Virus record (IMG/VR): IMGVR_UViG_3300008108_000057
Location: 1 to 64,000 of that record
Source: a virus
DNA length: 64,000 nucleotides
Strand: one strand, 5' to 3'
Part shown: positions 1-9,217 of the stretch, one piece after another
Layout of the letters: every line of letters begins with the position of its first letter
How positions within the stretch are numbered: the stretch's first letter is position 1
Notes under the pieces: model-generated
Told to the model about the DNA's origin: nothing
Database searches by the model: none
The model's input: only the letters and a program-made list of their open reading frames with translations
Translations under genes and position numbers: made by a program

Positions 1-684
1 GATACCTCTCCTAAAACAATAGGAATGGCTGAACGGTTCTATGCCTTTGTGGAGAACTGCTGCAAAGAATTTAAGATGGTCCTCTACATTGTAGGCAATC
101 ACGAACATTATAATGGTGACTTTAGTGAAACTTTGCCATTAATCCGCAAATACCTAAAGTTTGAAAATTTAGTCGTACTAGATAAAGAAAGTATCCGTAT
201 AGGCGATACAATTTTCTTTGGCGGTACATTGTGGACTGATATGAACAAAGAAGATCCTTTTACGTTCTATCGTGTACAACGTGGTATGAATGATTTTCGT
301 TTAGTGACCAATAAACAAGTTGGTGAGGACTGTAATTTCCTTCCACAAGATGCAGTAGAAGATCATAAATTGTTTTTGGCTAAACTAAAAACTTGTTTGA
401 CGTTGAATCCAGAAACTAAGTTTGTGGTTGTTGGTCATCATGCACCAACAAAAGAAAGTGTTAAGCCTAGATATAAAAAGGATCATGAAATCAATGGTGC
501 ATATTCAAGTGACCTAGTAGAATTCATACTTGATCACCGTAACATCAAACTGTGGACGCATGGTCATACCCATGATGAGTTTGATTACATGGTAGGCACT
601 ACCCGTATCGTTTGCAATCCTCGTGGCTATGATGGCTATGAAGATCGTGCCGATCAATTTAAACTCAAATATGTGGAGGTGTAG
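1..684 (+). CDS. Calcineurin-like metallophosphoesterase (5'-partial)
   Basis: GNHEHY, VVGHHAP, HGHTH and NPRGY motifs; frame open to the window edge. Confidence 0.85.
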   Translation, partial: DTSPKTIGMAERFYAFVENCCKEFKMVLYIVGNHEHYNGDFSETLPLIRKYLKFENLVVLDKESIRIGDTIFFGGTLWTDMNKEDPFTFYRVQRGMNDFRLVTNKQVGEDCNFLPQDAVEDHKLFLAKLKTCLTLNPETKFVVVGHHAPTKESVKPRYKKDHEINGAYSSDLVEFILDHRNIKLWTHGHTHDEFDYMVGTTRIVCNPRGYDGYEDRADQFKLKYVEV

Positions 685-685
685 T

Positions 686-907
686 ATGCGTGGTGAAATC
701 CTAAGAGCAAGTTTAATTCATTTTCAGAGCCATATTCAAAAACATCGTGTAAATGTTGAGGTAATGCTGCGTAATCCTACAGCATTACCAGAACATACTG
801 ATTTGATGGATGCAATTGAAAAAGAATTAGCATACATTGCCGAGTATCAAGATAAGATTGAGGCTTTGAAATTGTTTCCTGTCTTTGATGGAAAAGAACA
901 TGACTGA
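686..907 (+). CDS. Hypothetical phage protein
   Basis: GGAGG SD before ATG 686; tightly packed. Confidence 0.7.
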   Translation: MRGEILRASLIHFQSHIQKHRVNVEVMLRNPTALPEHTDLMDAIEKELAYIAEYQDKIEALKLFPVFDGKEHD

Positions 908-1112
908 AATAGTCAAAGACTCTCTGGTCGTTGATAGGTTCATTGAGCAACTAGGTGAGTATGCTATGCTTCAAAATCAATTCGGTGAGCATGAGCGTGG
1001 TATACTCATAAATAAGGCTGCTATTGTCATTAGACTGTTGACTCATCATTGCATGGCTTATGATATTGGCATCCCTGCTCAACAAATCAATGCCATCATA
1101 AATGGAAAATAG
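900..1112 (+). CDS. Hypothetical protein
   Basis: ORF overlapping the upstream stop; operon packing. Confidence 0.6.
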   Translation: MTEIVKDSLVVDRFIEQLGEYAMLQNQFGEHERGILINKAAIVIRLLTHHCMAYDIGIPAQQINAIINGK

Positions 1113-1236
1113 TTTAATCTACTTTGTCTTTTTTCTTTTCTTATTTTTTGCCATTCGTCTTGGTGATCCGTTTGGCTTTTTCTTGACAATAATTGGTTTC
1201 TTTGTTATGATGTATATTATGGAGAATAATGATTAA
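1102..1236 (+). CDS. Small hydrophobic (two-TM) protein, 44 aa, not in ORF track
   Basis: MENSLIYFVFFLFLFFAIRLGDPFGFFLTIIGFFVMMYIMENND*; fills the gap exactly, TAATG overlap with next gene. Confidence 0.6.
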   Translation: MENSLIYFVFFLFLFFAIRLGDPFGFFLTIIGFFVMMYIMENND

Positions 1237-1976
1237 TGCGTGTATATATTTCCAATTATCGTAATCACTGGTATTCACCATATACATGGATTGATTATGC
1301 TTTCTTTTGGACTGATTGGTCTAAATGCAGCCGTAATCGTAATATCATTATGGATGAAAAGTACATTGAACATCCCGAATGGGTGGATAAGATTGCTGAT
1401 TTCCTTACACCTATTTCCCGTGGTATTCAAACTGTCTTAGATAAGATACATCCTCCCATTAGATATGTTAAGATTGACCATTGGGATACATGGAGTATGG
1501 ATAGTACTCTCTCCAATATCATTCTTCCTATGCTGAAACAACTGCGTGATACCAAACATGGTTCACCTATAGTTGATGCTGAAGATGTACCAGAAGAACT
1601 ACGCATAGTTGGCTATGAAGGTGGATCATCACAATTTATATTAGAGTTTGAAAACCAAGAACAATATCAAAAAGACTCTTGGGATATCACCCATCGTCGT
1701 TGGGAATGGGTATTGAATGAAATGATTTTTGCCTTTGAGCATATCGTAGATGATTCATGGAAAGAATCATTTGCTTCTGGTGAAATCGATATGCTTTGGA
1801 TACCTGTTGATAAAGATGGTAACGAAGTACCTAAAGGCGAACACTCATACTACCAGATGGGTCATGGGCCAAAACATACCTATGTGTGTGACTATGAAGG
1901 TATGCAGAAGGTAGAGGACCGTGTACAGAATGGTCTAAGACTGTTTGGTAAATACTATAGTGGGCTGTGGGATTGA
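1236..1976 (+). CDS. Hypothetical phage protein
   Basis: 246-aa Trp-rich ORF ending GLRLFGKYYSGLWD. Confidence 0.75.
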   Translation: MRVYISNYRNHWYSPYTWIDYAFFWTDWSKCSRNRNIIMDEKYIEHPEWVDKIADFLTPISRGIQTVLDKIHPPIRYVKIDHWDTWSMDSTLSNIILPMLKQLRDTKHGSPIVDAEDVPEELRIVGYEGGSSQFILEFENQEQYQKDSWDITHRRWEWVLNEMIFAFEHIVDDSWKESFASGEIDMLWIPVDKDGNEVPKGEHSYYQMGHGPKHTYVCDYEGMQKVEDRVQNGLRLFGKYYSGLWD

Positions 1977-1978
1977 CA

Positions 1979-2218
1979 ATGAAGTATTATACCATCTGTT
2001 ATCCTGATGTGACCACTTTGGGTCATGAATATACCCATTGGGAAACACTATCGGAGCAAGAGATAATAGAACAGTATTGGGTGCATTGGTTTACAAAGAT
2101 GATTAACAATCAACAACCTACAGAAGAATTAACAACAGAAAGATGCATAGAGGATTGGTGTATTGTGCATTGGGCAGAACGAAACTACTGGAGAGAGATG
2201 AAGGACTGTATAGCATGA
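1979..2218 (+). CDS. Hypothetical protein
   Basis: ORF, packed; CIEDWCIVHWA motif. Confidence 0.65.
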   Translation: MKYYTICYPDVTTLGHEYTHWETLSEQEIIEQYWVHWFTKMINNQQPTEELTTERCIEDWCIVHWAERNYWREMKDCIA

Positions 2219-2457
2219 TATCCATTATTCATTACATTAGTGCCAAACGCAGATTAGAAGAAGCAGATAAAACATTCGCCATGTTAGATGGTGATGTATC
2301 GCCTATGATGCGGGCACAGAGAGATATGATTAAGTTTGAAGCAGAATATTACCAAGAAAGAGTTGGTAGATTGGCACTTTATGCATTAGGTGTTGCAATT
2401 GTTTCGTTAGTGTGTTATATTACATATGCTGTTTTTATTCATGTAGGAGTGTTATAA
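2215..2457 (+). CDS. Hypothetical membrane protein
   Basis: ATGA overlap; C-terminal TM helix. Confidence 0.65.
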   Translation: MISIIHYISAKRRLEEADKTFAMLDGDVSPMMRAQRDMIKFEAEYYQERVGRLALYALGVAIVSLVCYITYAVFIHVGVL

Positions 2458-2460
2458 ACT

Positions 2461-2718
2461 ATGAAAGTAATTGAATATTTGAAGAATCATCTAAACTATG
2501 TTATGATGGCTGTTGTTTTGATTGGTCTGGCATTTCTTTTGTTTTTGACTGCTAAAAGAAGTTTTGAAGAACTAAAGAACCCACCTGCACTTGCTGATGT
2601 AAAAGGTGTACAGAATCATTTAGTGTGGGATGTAAATGGTAACTGTTACTTTGTACGTCCACACAATGAATACACTAACTATCTTGTTGCTGTACCCGAT
2701 TGTAACAAAGTTCGCTAA
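2461..2718 (+). CDS. Hypothetical membrane-anchored protein
   Basis: AGGAG SD; N-terminal TM helix, two Cys. Confidence 0.65.
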   Translation: MKVIEYLKNHLNYVMMAVVLIGLAFLLFLTAKRSFEELKNPPALADVKGVQNHLVWDVNGNCYFVRPHNEYTNYLVAVPDCNKVR

Positions 2719-2727
2719 GGAGAAAAT

Positions 2728-2901
2728 GTGAAAGCTTATTCTGGTTTTAAAATGTCACAAGAAACAAAACGTATGCTCTCTGTAACGTCAAAAGAGAATC
2801 TTCCTTTCATGAAAAAACTTTTCATTGGGGCAGAGATTGCAGAAGCAAAAGCAAAGCAAGCAAAAATTAAAGATAATTCTAAACCCGATTTGGAGGCATA
2901 A
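2728..2901 (+). CDS. Hypothetical protein, 57 aa (GTG start), not in ORF track
   Basis: AAGGAG SD; MKAYSGFKMSQETKRML...PDLEA*; TAATG overlap with next gene. Confidence 0.6.
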   Translation: MKAYSGFKMSQETKRMLSVTSKENLPFMKKLFIGAEIAEAKAKQAKIKDNSKPDLEA

Positions 2902-3185
2902 TGGCTACATTTATTGAAGTTGATTCTGTAGAAAAAGGCTGTAAAGTAATCATCAATCTTGATGATATTATTGAGATTGCTCCACTTGCTGCTGGTGGTT
3001 GTGTATTGTTCTTTGCTGATTCTGCTGCTGTTAATGGTAAGTCTGCATATGCCGTAAAAGATAGTTATGAACAATTCAAACAATTTGCAATGCAAACAGT
3101 AACGGCAGAATCTATTTCTGCTCGTTTCCCAACCAAGAAAGAATCAAAAGAGAAAACCGATAAACTGGAGATCCCTAAGTTCTAA
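2901..3185 (+). CDS. Hypothetical protein
   Basis: GGAGG SD, 94-aa ORF. Confidence 0.7.
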   Translation: MATFIEVDSVEKGCKVIINLDDIIEIAPLAAGGCVLFFADSAAVNGKSAYAVKDSYEQFKQFAMQTVTAESISARFPTKKESKEKTDKLEIPKF

Positions 3186-3187
3186 TC

Positions 3188-3796
3188 ATGAACATCTTTT
3201 ATCTACATAATGATCCTGTGAAGTGTGCAGAGATGCACAACGACAAACATTGCATTAAAATGATTCTAGAATACTGTCAGCTACTCTCTACGGCTCACCG
3301 TATTCTAGATGGCACAGAAACTCAAGCCAAATCAAAAACTGGTCGTAATGTTAAGCGTTGGGTACTGAACAATGAGATGGAGAATGTCTACTACTCTGCT
3401 ACTCATATCAGTCACCCATCCGCTGTTTGGGCAAGACAATCGGCAGCAAACTATGATTGGCTTGTTCACTTGTTGATGGCTCTCTGTAAAGAATATACCT
3501 ATCGTTACGGTAAGGTGCATAAGTGTGAGCAGATAGGCCTAGTACAAGCATTGAGAATTCATCCTAAGAATATTCCCAATGATAGAGTATTTACTGAACC
3601 CACACCTGCTATGCCTGAAGATGTAAAAATTTCTGGTGATTCCATTGCTTCTTACAGAAATTATTACATAAATAATAAGACGCATCTTGCATCATGGAAA
3701 GGTAAAGTGAATTCAAGACCTATACCTAAATGGTATACTGAAGGTTGTCTCCAGAAAATGGTTGATATCAACCAAGAACTTGGGTTGTACGCTTAA
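3188..3796 (+). CDS. Pyrimidine-dimer DNA glycosylase (DenV/endonuclease V)-like protein
   Basis: MNIFYL...DKHCIKMILEYCQLLSTAH, HPSAVW, EYTYRYGKVH and PAMP...YRNYY motifs. Confidence 0.7.
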   Translation: MNIFYLHNDPVKCAEMHNDKHCIKMILEYCQLLSTAHRILDGTETQAKSKTGRNVKRWVLNNEMENVYYSATHISHPSAVWARQSAANYDWLVHLLMALCKEYTYRYGKVHKCEQIGLVQALRIHPKNIPNDRVFTEPTPAMPEDVKISGDSIASYRNYYINNKTHLASWKGKVNSRPIPKWYTEGCLQKMVDINQELGLYA

Positions 3797-3811
3797 AAAA
3801 AATTTCAAATT

Positions 3812-3829
3812 GTGACAGTTCCGTTACTT
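3812..3829 (-). promoter_or_regulatory. Putative Pho box (PhoB site) upstream of pstS
   Basis: Minus strand reads AAGTAAC-GGAA-CTGTCAC, 11-nt-period repeat resembling CTGTCAT-N4-CTGTCAC; 36 nt upstream of pstS ATG. Confidence 0.55.
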
Positions 3830-3865
3830 TTTGAGTGTTTAAGCAGTTCAACCAAAGGAGATAAC

Positions 3866-4897
3866 ATGAAATTCAAAAAAGTATTAGCAGCATCCTTCCT
3901 ATTTCTCTCTACGGTTGTATCAGCAGCAGAATTTACTGGTGCAGGTGCAACCTTTCCTTTCCCAATCTATGCTAAGTGGGCTGAAGCATACAAAGCACAA
4001 ACTGGCATTGGTCTAAACTATCAATCAATCGGTTCTGGTGGTGGTATTCGTCAAATCAAAGCCAAGACAGTTGACTTTGGCGCAAGTGATATGCCATTGA
4101 AGCAAGACGAATTAGATAAAGAAGGACTGATGCAGTTTCCTGCAATCATCGGTGGTGTTGTGCCTGTATTTAATCTAGATGGTATTGAATCGGGCAAACT
4201 AAAACTCACACCTGAGATTATTGCAAATATTCATTTAGGTAAAATTACAAAATGGAATGATAAAGCAATTGCAGAAATCAATCCTGGTGTTAATCTACCT
4301 GCAATGAATATTACTGTTGTGCATCGTGCAGATGGTTCAGGGACTACATTTATCTGGACAAACTTTTTAGGCAAAGCCAATGCAGAATTTGCCAAAGCAG
4401 TAGGTGAAGGTACAGCAGTTAAATGGCCAGTGGGTGTAGGCGGTAAAGGCAATGAAGGTGTTGCAGCACAAGTACAAAGACTGAAAGGTGCGTTTGGTTA
4501 TGTTGAATATGCATATGCAAAGAGAAATAAAATTCCTTATGCATCACTAAAAAATCGTGATGGTAATTTTGTATCACCTGATGATTCTACATTCAAAGCA
4601 GCAGCCGCAAATGCAGATTGGAAAAATGCACCAGGTATGTATTTGTTACTCACATGGCAAACAGGTAAGGATGCTTGGCCAGCAACAGGTGCAAGTTTCA
4701 TTCTTATGCACAAGCAACAAGCAGATACACTAACAGGTCGTGCAGTTCTCAAATTCTTTGATTGGTCATACAAGAATGGTGCTCAGATGGCAACTGAACT
4801 AGAATATGTTCATATGCCACAAGACGTAATCAAACTTGTACAAGACAACTGGCGTAAGGATCTAAAAGGTCCTGACGGTAACCCAATCTGGAAGTGA
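3866..4897 (+). CDS. pstS: Phosphate ABC transporter substrate-binding protein
   Basis: Signal peptide; TGAGATFP, YQSIGSGGG, DFGASD, HRADGSGTT; AAGGAG SD places start at 3866. Confidence 0.97.
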   Translation: MKFKKVLAASFLFLSTVVSAAEFTGAGATFPFPIYAKWAEAYKAQTGIGLNYQSIGSGGGIRQIKAKTVDFGASDMPLKQDELDKEGLMQFPAIIGGVVPVFNLDGIESGKLKLTPEIIANIHLGKITKWNDKAIAEINPGVNLPAMNITVVHRADGSGTTFIWTNFLGKANAEFAKAVGEGTAVKWPVGVGGKGNEGVAAQVQRLKGAFGYVEYAYAKRNKIPYASLKNRDGNFVSPDDSTFKAAAANADWKNAPGMYLLLTWQTGKDAWPATGASFILMHKQQADTLTGRAVLKFFDWSYKNGAQMATELEYVHMPQDVIKLVQDNWRKDLKGPDGNPIWK

Positions 4898-4904
4898 GGA
4901 CAAA

Positions 4905-6311
4905 ATGAAACTATTTAAAAAACTTTCTATCGTAGTTGCACTAGCCGCAGTAATTCCTGCATATGCTGATGAGTATAAAGAAACATTGAATATTCTCAGA
5001 GAGAAGAATGTAATCACTCAAAAAGAATATGAATCAAAACTCAAAGCATATGAAGAAAGAGAAGAAAACAAAAAGTTTGCAGAACAGCGAATTGACAAAG
5101 ACGTTAGCGATTCAGTCAAATATAGACAAGCCAGAGCAAACGATGGTTCAGTCACAGAAAATGGAATCGGACTTAAATCAAAAGATGGTAACAACACCAT
5201 TCAATTTACAGGTCGATTACATATGGACTATCGACAGTACACACCAAATTACGGTGTCGGTCAAACCACGGATTCGTATCAAAACGTAGCAGAGATGCGC
5301 CGTGGTAGATTTGGTGTTCGTGGACAATTCGCAAAAGACATCAAATATGAATTCTCTGGTAACTTTGGTAATGATGTCGGTGCAGCATCTTCATCAACCA
5401 CAATGGATGTTGCATGGGTAAACTATGCAGCCAATCCAGAACTACAATACCAATTCGGTTTATTCAAGATGCCATTCAGTCTTGAGCAACTGCAAAGTTC
5501 CAACAATCTTGATATGATGGAGCGTAGTTTGATTGGTCAAGTTGAAGGTGAATTTATTCCTGGTAAAGAAACTGGTTTTATGATTCACGGTATTCCTAAG
5601 CCTGGTTTGACATACGCTATTGCAGCAAGTCGTGGTCGTGCTAACAAAGACGCTGTGTCGGATGGATTTGATTATATTGGCCGTGTGACTACAAACATTG
5701 CTGAACTACAAGGTAGCAAAGCATATACACTACACTTAGGTGCTGCATATAGTACAGGTGAAATCAAAGGTGGTGTTGCACCAGCAAGTGGCAGAACAGA
5801 AGCACGTTCACAAAATGCTTGGTTCACTGGCTCTGCATTAGGTGGTGTAACTGAGAGAACCCGTCAAGGCCTTGAAGCAGCATTTGCATATAATGCTTTG
5901 AAAGTACAAGCAGAACAATTTAATTTCATATATGATCCTACAACAGGAAACAATCAAGAAATTAAAGGCTATTATGTTCTTGCAGCATACAATCTGACTG
6001 GTGAATCATATAACTACAAAGATGGTGTATTTGGTGCAATCAAACCTGCTAATCCTTTAGACAAAGGTGGTAAAGGTGCCGTGCAAGTCAATGTGCGTAT
6101 GAGTGAGTTTGATGCCAGCAATATCACAGTTGCTACTGGTAAATCAAATCGTGCTACTGCCATGACCTATGGTATCACATGGTTTGTTACCGATAATATG
6201 CGTTTCATGGTGAACTATGTTGACACTAAATTTGATGCACTTGTAGGTAGCTCAGGTAGCCGTGTGAATGGTGACCGTGCTATTATGTTTAGAAGCCAAC
6301 TAAACTTCTAA
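4905..6311 (+). CDS. Phosphate-selective porin (OprO/OprP family)
   Basis: Signal peptide, GRLHMDY, EMRRGRFG, FKMPFSLE, ERS motifs, C-terminal Phe; directly after pstS. Confidence 0.9.
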   Translation: MKLFKKLSIVVALAAVIPAYADEYKETLNILREKNVITQKEYESKLKAYEEREENKKFAEQRIDKDVSDSVKYRQARANDGSVTENGIGLKSKDGNNTIQFTGRLHMDYRQYTPNYGVGQTTDSYQNVAEMRRGRFGVRGQFAKDIKYEFSGNFGNDVGAASSSTTMDVAWVNYAANPELQYQFGLFKMPFSLEQLQSSNNLDMMERSLIGQVEGEFIPGKETGFMIHGIPKPGLTYAIAASRGRANKDAVSDGFDYIGRVTTNIAELQGSKAYTLHLGAAYSTGEIKGGVAPASGRTEARSQNAWFTGSALGGVTERTRQGLEAAFAYNALKVQAEQFNFIYDPTTGNNQEIKGYYVLAAYNLTGESYNYKDGVFGAIKPANPLDKGGKGAVQVNVRMSEFDASNITVATGKSNRATAMTYGITWFVTDNMRFMVNYVDTKFDALVGSSGSRVNGDRAIMFRSQLNF

Positions 6312-6366
6312 TTATATAAATCGGTCACAATGATAAGGTGACTCTGGACCCGTAACCAGAACTAAT

Positions 6367-7182
6367 ATGCAAAAAACATACCGTAGTATTTTTATATCCG
6401 ACGTTCATTTAGGAACGAAAGATTGTAAAGCCGGACATCTTAACAATTTTCTCAAGCATAATACATGTGAAACACTATATCTTGTGGGTGATATAATTGA
6501 TGCGTGGAAAATTAAACAGAATAAATGGCGTTGGAAACAAAGTCACACAAATGTGATTCGCAGAATATTAGGTCATGCTAAGAGAGACACTAGAGTAGTT
6601 TATGTATTGGGAAATCATGATGAGTTTCTCAGACCGTATTTACAATACAATTTAAATTTCGGAATGGTAGAAGTATACAATCAAATAGAACATATTGGTG
6701 CTGATGGTAAACATTATCTTGTGGTACATGGCGATTTGTTTGACGGTATTACAAGGCTAGCCCCTTGGCTTTCATTTTTAGGAGACAAAGCATATGACGC
6801 CGTTTTATCTTTCAATACTAGAATCAATAGCATCTTACATAGAATGGGCTTTGGTTATTTTAGTCTCAGTCGCTATCTTAAACACCGGGTAAAAAAAGCA
6901 GTAGACTTCATGTTTCAATTTGAAACAAATTTAACAGTATATTGTAAGAAAAAAGGATTTGATGGAGTAATTTGTGGGCATATTCATCATGCAGAGATAA
7001 AAGAAATTGATGGTGTTGTTTATATGAATGATGGTGATTGGGTTGAATCGTTGACTGCACTTGTTGAGCATCATGATGGCAGATGGGAAATAGTCACATG
7101 GACACAGGAGAGCGATAATGTGGTTGATGATATTGATAGCGGTACACATAAACAATCCAAAGGACATTCCAGGAAGAATTAA
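6367..7182 (+). CDS. LpxH-like / PlcP-like metallophosphoesterase (putative phospholipase C)
   Basis: ISDVHLG, LVGDIID, GNHDE, HGDLFD, CGHIH, NDGDWVES; GNHD type. Confidence 0.8.
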   Translation: MQKTYRSIFISDVHLGTKDCKAGHLNNFLKHNTCETLYLVGDIIDAWKIKQNKWRWKQSHTNVIRRILGHAKRDTRVVYVLGNHDEFLRPYLQYNLNFGMVEVYNQIEHIGADGKHYLVVHGDLFDGITRLAPWLSFLGDKAYDAVLSFNTRINSILHRMGFGYFSLSRYLKHRVKKAVDFMFQFETNLTVYCKKKGFDGVICGHIHHAEIKEIDGVVYMNDGDWVESLTALVEHHDGRWEIVTWTQESDNVVDDIDSGTHKQSKGHSRKN

Positions 7183-7288
7183 TTTGCAGTTTGAAACACA
7201 ACAACAATGTGAACAAACTTTACAGTCTATGACATACTGGTTGAAGTTTGATAATTTCAAAGTTGAAGGAAAGTGTGTAAAGAGATGA
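7118..7288 (+). CDS. Small secreted/membrane protein, 56 aa, not in ORF track
   Basis: AGGAG SD; MWLMILIAVHINNPKDIPG...CEQ...GKCVKR*; ATGA overlap with GT2. Confidence 0.6.
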   Translation: MWLMILIAVHINNPKDIPGRINLQFETQQQCEQTLQSMTYWLKFDNFKVEGKCVKR

Positions 7289-7995
7289 AACTAAGCGATA
7301 AAATTACTATTGTTATTCCTTGTAGGAACGAAGAAAATTATATAAATCATTTGCTTAATTCTTTACGTCAACAGAAGATAGGTGACACTAGAATTATTAT
7401 TGCCGATTGTTCAACAGATAACACTAGAGAAGTAATAAGAAATAATCGTGCTTTTTTGAATATTGAAATTATTGAAGGTGGTCCTGTTGCAACTGCAAGA
7501 AATAATGCAGCCAAACTAGTTACGACACCTTATATTCTATTCATAGATGCCGATGTAATATTCTTTGATAATTACACAATTCGTGATGCTGTTTTTGAGA
7601 TGGAACACAACAACTTAGATTTGATTGGAGCAAACATCAAGTGTTATGAAGATAATTGGAAAGCAGAACTTGGGTTTATGATTTTCAATAAGATCAATCA
7701 TATACTAAAACATTTCTCTCCTTTTGCTGTTGGTGCATTCATGTTAACTCGCAAGAGTAAGTTTGATGAGTTTGGTGGGTTTCAAGATAAGTTTTTAACG
7801 TCAGAAGATTACTTCCTTTCACGAATGTATGATCCCAAAAAGTTTAAAATAATAAATCACTATTTTGGCCAAGATGCTAGACGATTTAAAAAGATGGGTT
7901 ACTTTGGTATGGCTTGGTACCTCATCAAGAATTTTTGGAATAGAAACAATGAGAAATATTGGAAGAATTTAGATGCTAGTAAGTATTGGAACTAA
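7285..7995 (+). CDS. Glycosyltransferase family 2
   Basis: IVIPCRNEE, STDNT, ARN, FIDAD (DxD), SEDY. Confidence 0.9.
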   Translation: MKLSDKITIVIPCRNEENYINHLLNSLRQQKIGDTRIIIADCSTDNTREVIRNNRAFLNIEIIEGGPVATARNNAAKLVTTPYILFIDADVIFFDNYTIRDAVFEMEHNNLDLIGANIKCYEDNWKAELGFMIFNKINHILKHFSPFAVGAFMLTRKSKFDEFGGFQDKFLTSEDYFLSRMYDPKKFKIINHYFGQDARRFKKMGYFGMAWYLIKNFWNRNNEKYWKNLDASKYWN

Positions 7996-8001
7996 ATATA
8001 C

Positions 8002-8030
8002 TTGACTACTACGTTACAATCATATATAAT
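8002..8030 (+). promoter_or_regulatory. Sigma70-type early promoter
   Basis: TTGACT-17-TATAAT. Confidence 0.7.
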
Positions 8031-8055
8031 TATACTATATTTTATGGAAGATTGA

Positions 8056-8697
8056 ATGATGGAAAATATGCTGAATGTACAAAGTCTTTATCCTTCTAAT
8101 GTGTACTGGATACACAGCCCACAATATCTTGAGATAGCGAAAGAAGTTTCTTATGCCTATCTAGCAGAAACAAAAAAACAATCCACTTGTAATCCTGCAT
8201 ATCCTGTACACATGACAGAGTATATGGATGATTCTAGACTGTATCCAATGGTTGAATATATTTGTGGTACTGGACATAATATCTTAGAATCACAAGGTTA
8301 CAATATGGAAGGATGGGTCGTAACGTGTAGGGAGTTTTGGTGTCAAGAACACGAAAAATATTCTGGTCACGAAGAACATGTACATGGTTTTGGTAATCAA
8401 CTGACAGGAATATATTTCTTAGATGTACCAGAAAATTCTTGTAAGTTTTCTGTATATGATCCAAGACCAGCAAAACGTCAAATTAACATGCCTCCCAAAA
8501 ACGTGAATGAGTTGACCGATGCAAGCACCATTGCTTTTTTTGATCCAAAGCCAGGGATGTTATATTTCACTAATTCATGGTTGCCTCACGGATTTACTAG
8601 AAATGGAAATGACGATTCCTTCACATTTATTCATTTCAATCTAGGTGTAGGAAGAATTAAAAATTATAACCCACCATCCGAAACAATTATCATATGA
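8056..8697 (+). CDS. 2OG-Fe(II) oxygenase (TIGR02466-like)
   Basis: HEEHVH, GIYFL, DPRP, PKPG..FTNSWLPH. Confidence 0.8.
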   Translation: MMENMLNVQSLYPSNVYWIHSPQYLEIAKEVSYAYLAETKKQSTCNPAYPVHMTEYMDDSRLYPMVEYICGTGHNILESQGYNMEGWVVTCREFWCQEHEKYSGHEEHVHGFGNQLTGIYFLDVPENSCKFSVYDPRPAKRQINMPPKNVNELTDASTIAFFDPKPGMLYFTNSWLPHGFTRNGNDDSFTFIHFNLGVGRIKNYNPPSETIII

Positions 8698-8963
8698 ATA
8701 AATATAAGATACGATACAATCAAACAAGAGGTAATCCAGGTAGAGGCACACCTGATCATGTTTGGAGAGTATTTGAAAACAACAGAGAATATCTTTTTAA
8801 GAATGTGACCATCAATGTACCATGTAAAGGTGAATCTGAAGAAGATGGACAACATTGGAATATTGTGTGTCACGGTTACCTTCAAATAGATAGAGTAACC
8901 TCTACTGCGATTATTAATGACAAACCTAATGATATAACACTATGCCAACATACGAATTCTTGA
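8694..8963 (+). CDS. Hypothetical protein
   Basis: ORF with ATGA overlap. Confidence 0.65.
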   Translation: MNKYKIRYNQTRGNPGRGTPDHVWRVFENNREYLFKNVTINVPCKGESEEDGQHWNIVCHGYLQIDRVTSTAIINDKPNDITLCQHTNS

Positions 8964-9217
8964 ACAAAGAAACCAATGAAATTGAAGAACATACTATGAG
9001 AATATCACAGTATGATAAATTCAAAGAACAAAATCCCCACTTAGAAAGATACATAGACGAAGCACCCATCTTAGGTGATGGTATGCGTATGTCTGTTCCT
9101 GGTATTGGTCAACCCGATGCAAGATTTGAAAGAGAGATTATAGGTCGCATCAAAGAAAAAGTTCCACACAATACAGTAAAGCATGGTCACAAAACTAAAA
9201 TGCCTCGTGAATGGTAA
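8942..9217 (+). CDS. FmdB-like small protein (Cys-less variant)
   Basis: MPTYEF N-terminus; position before phoH typical of T4-like phages. Confidence 0.6.
   Translation: MPTYEFLNKETNEIEEHTMRISQYDKFKEQNPHLERYIDEAPILGDGMRMSVPGIGQPDARFEREIIGRIKEKVPHNTVKHGHKTKMPREW

Noticed and set aside
3812-3865. GTG-start N-terminal extension of PstS from the ORF track
   Set aside because: SD and signal peptide place the start at 3866; the extension overlaps the Pho-box-like site
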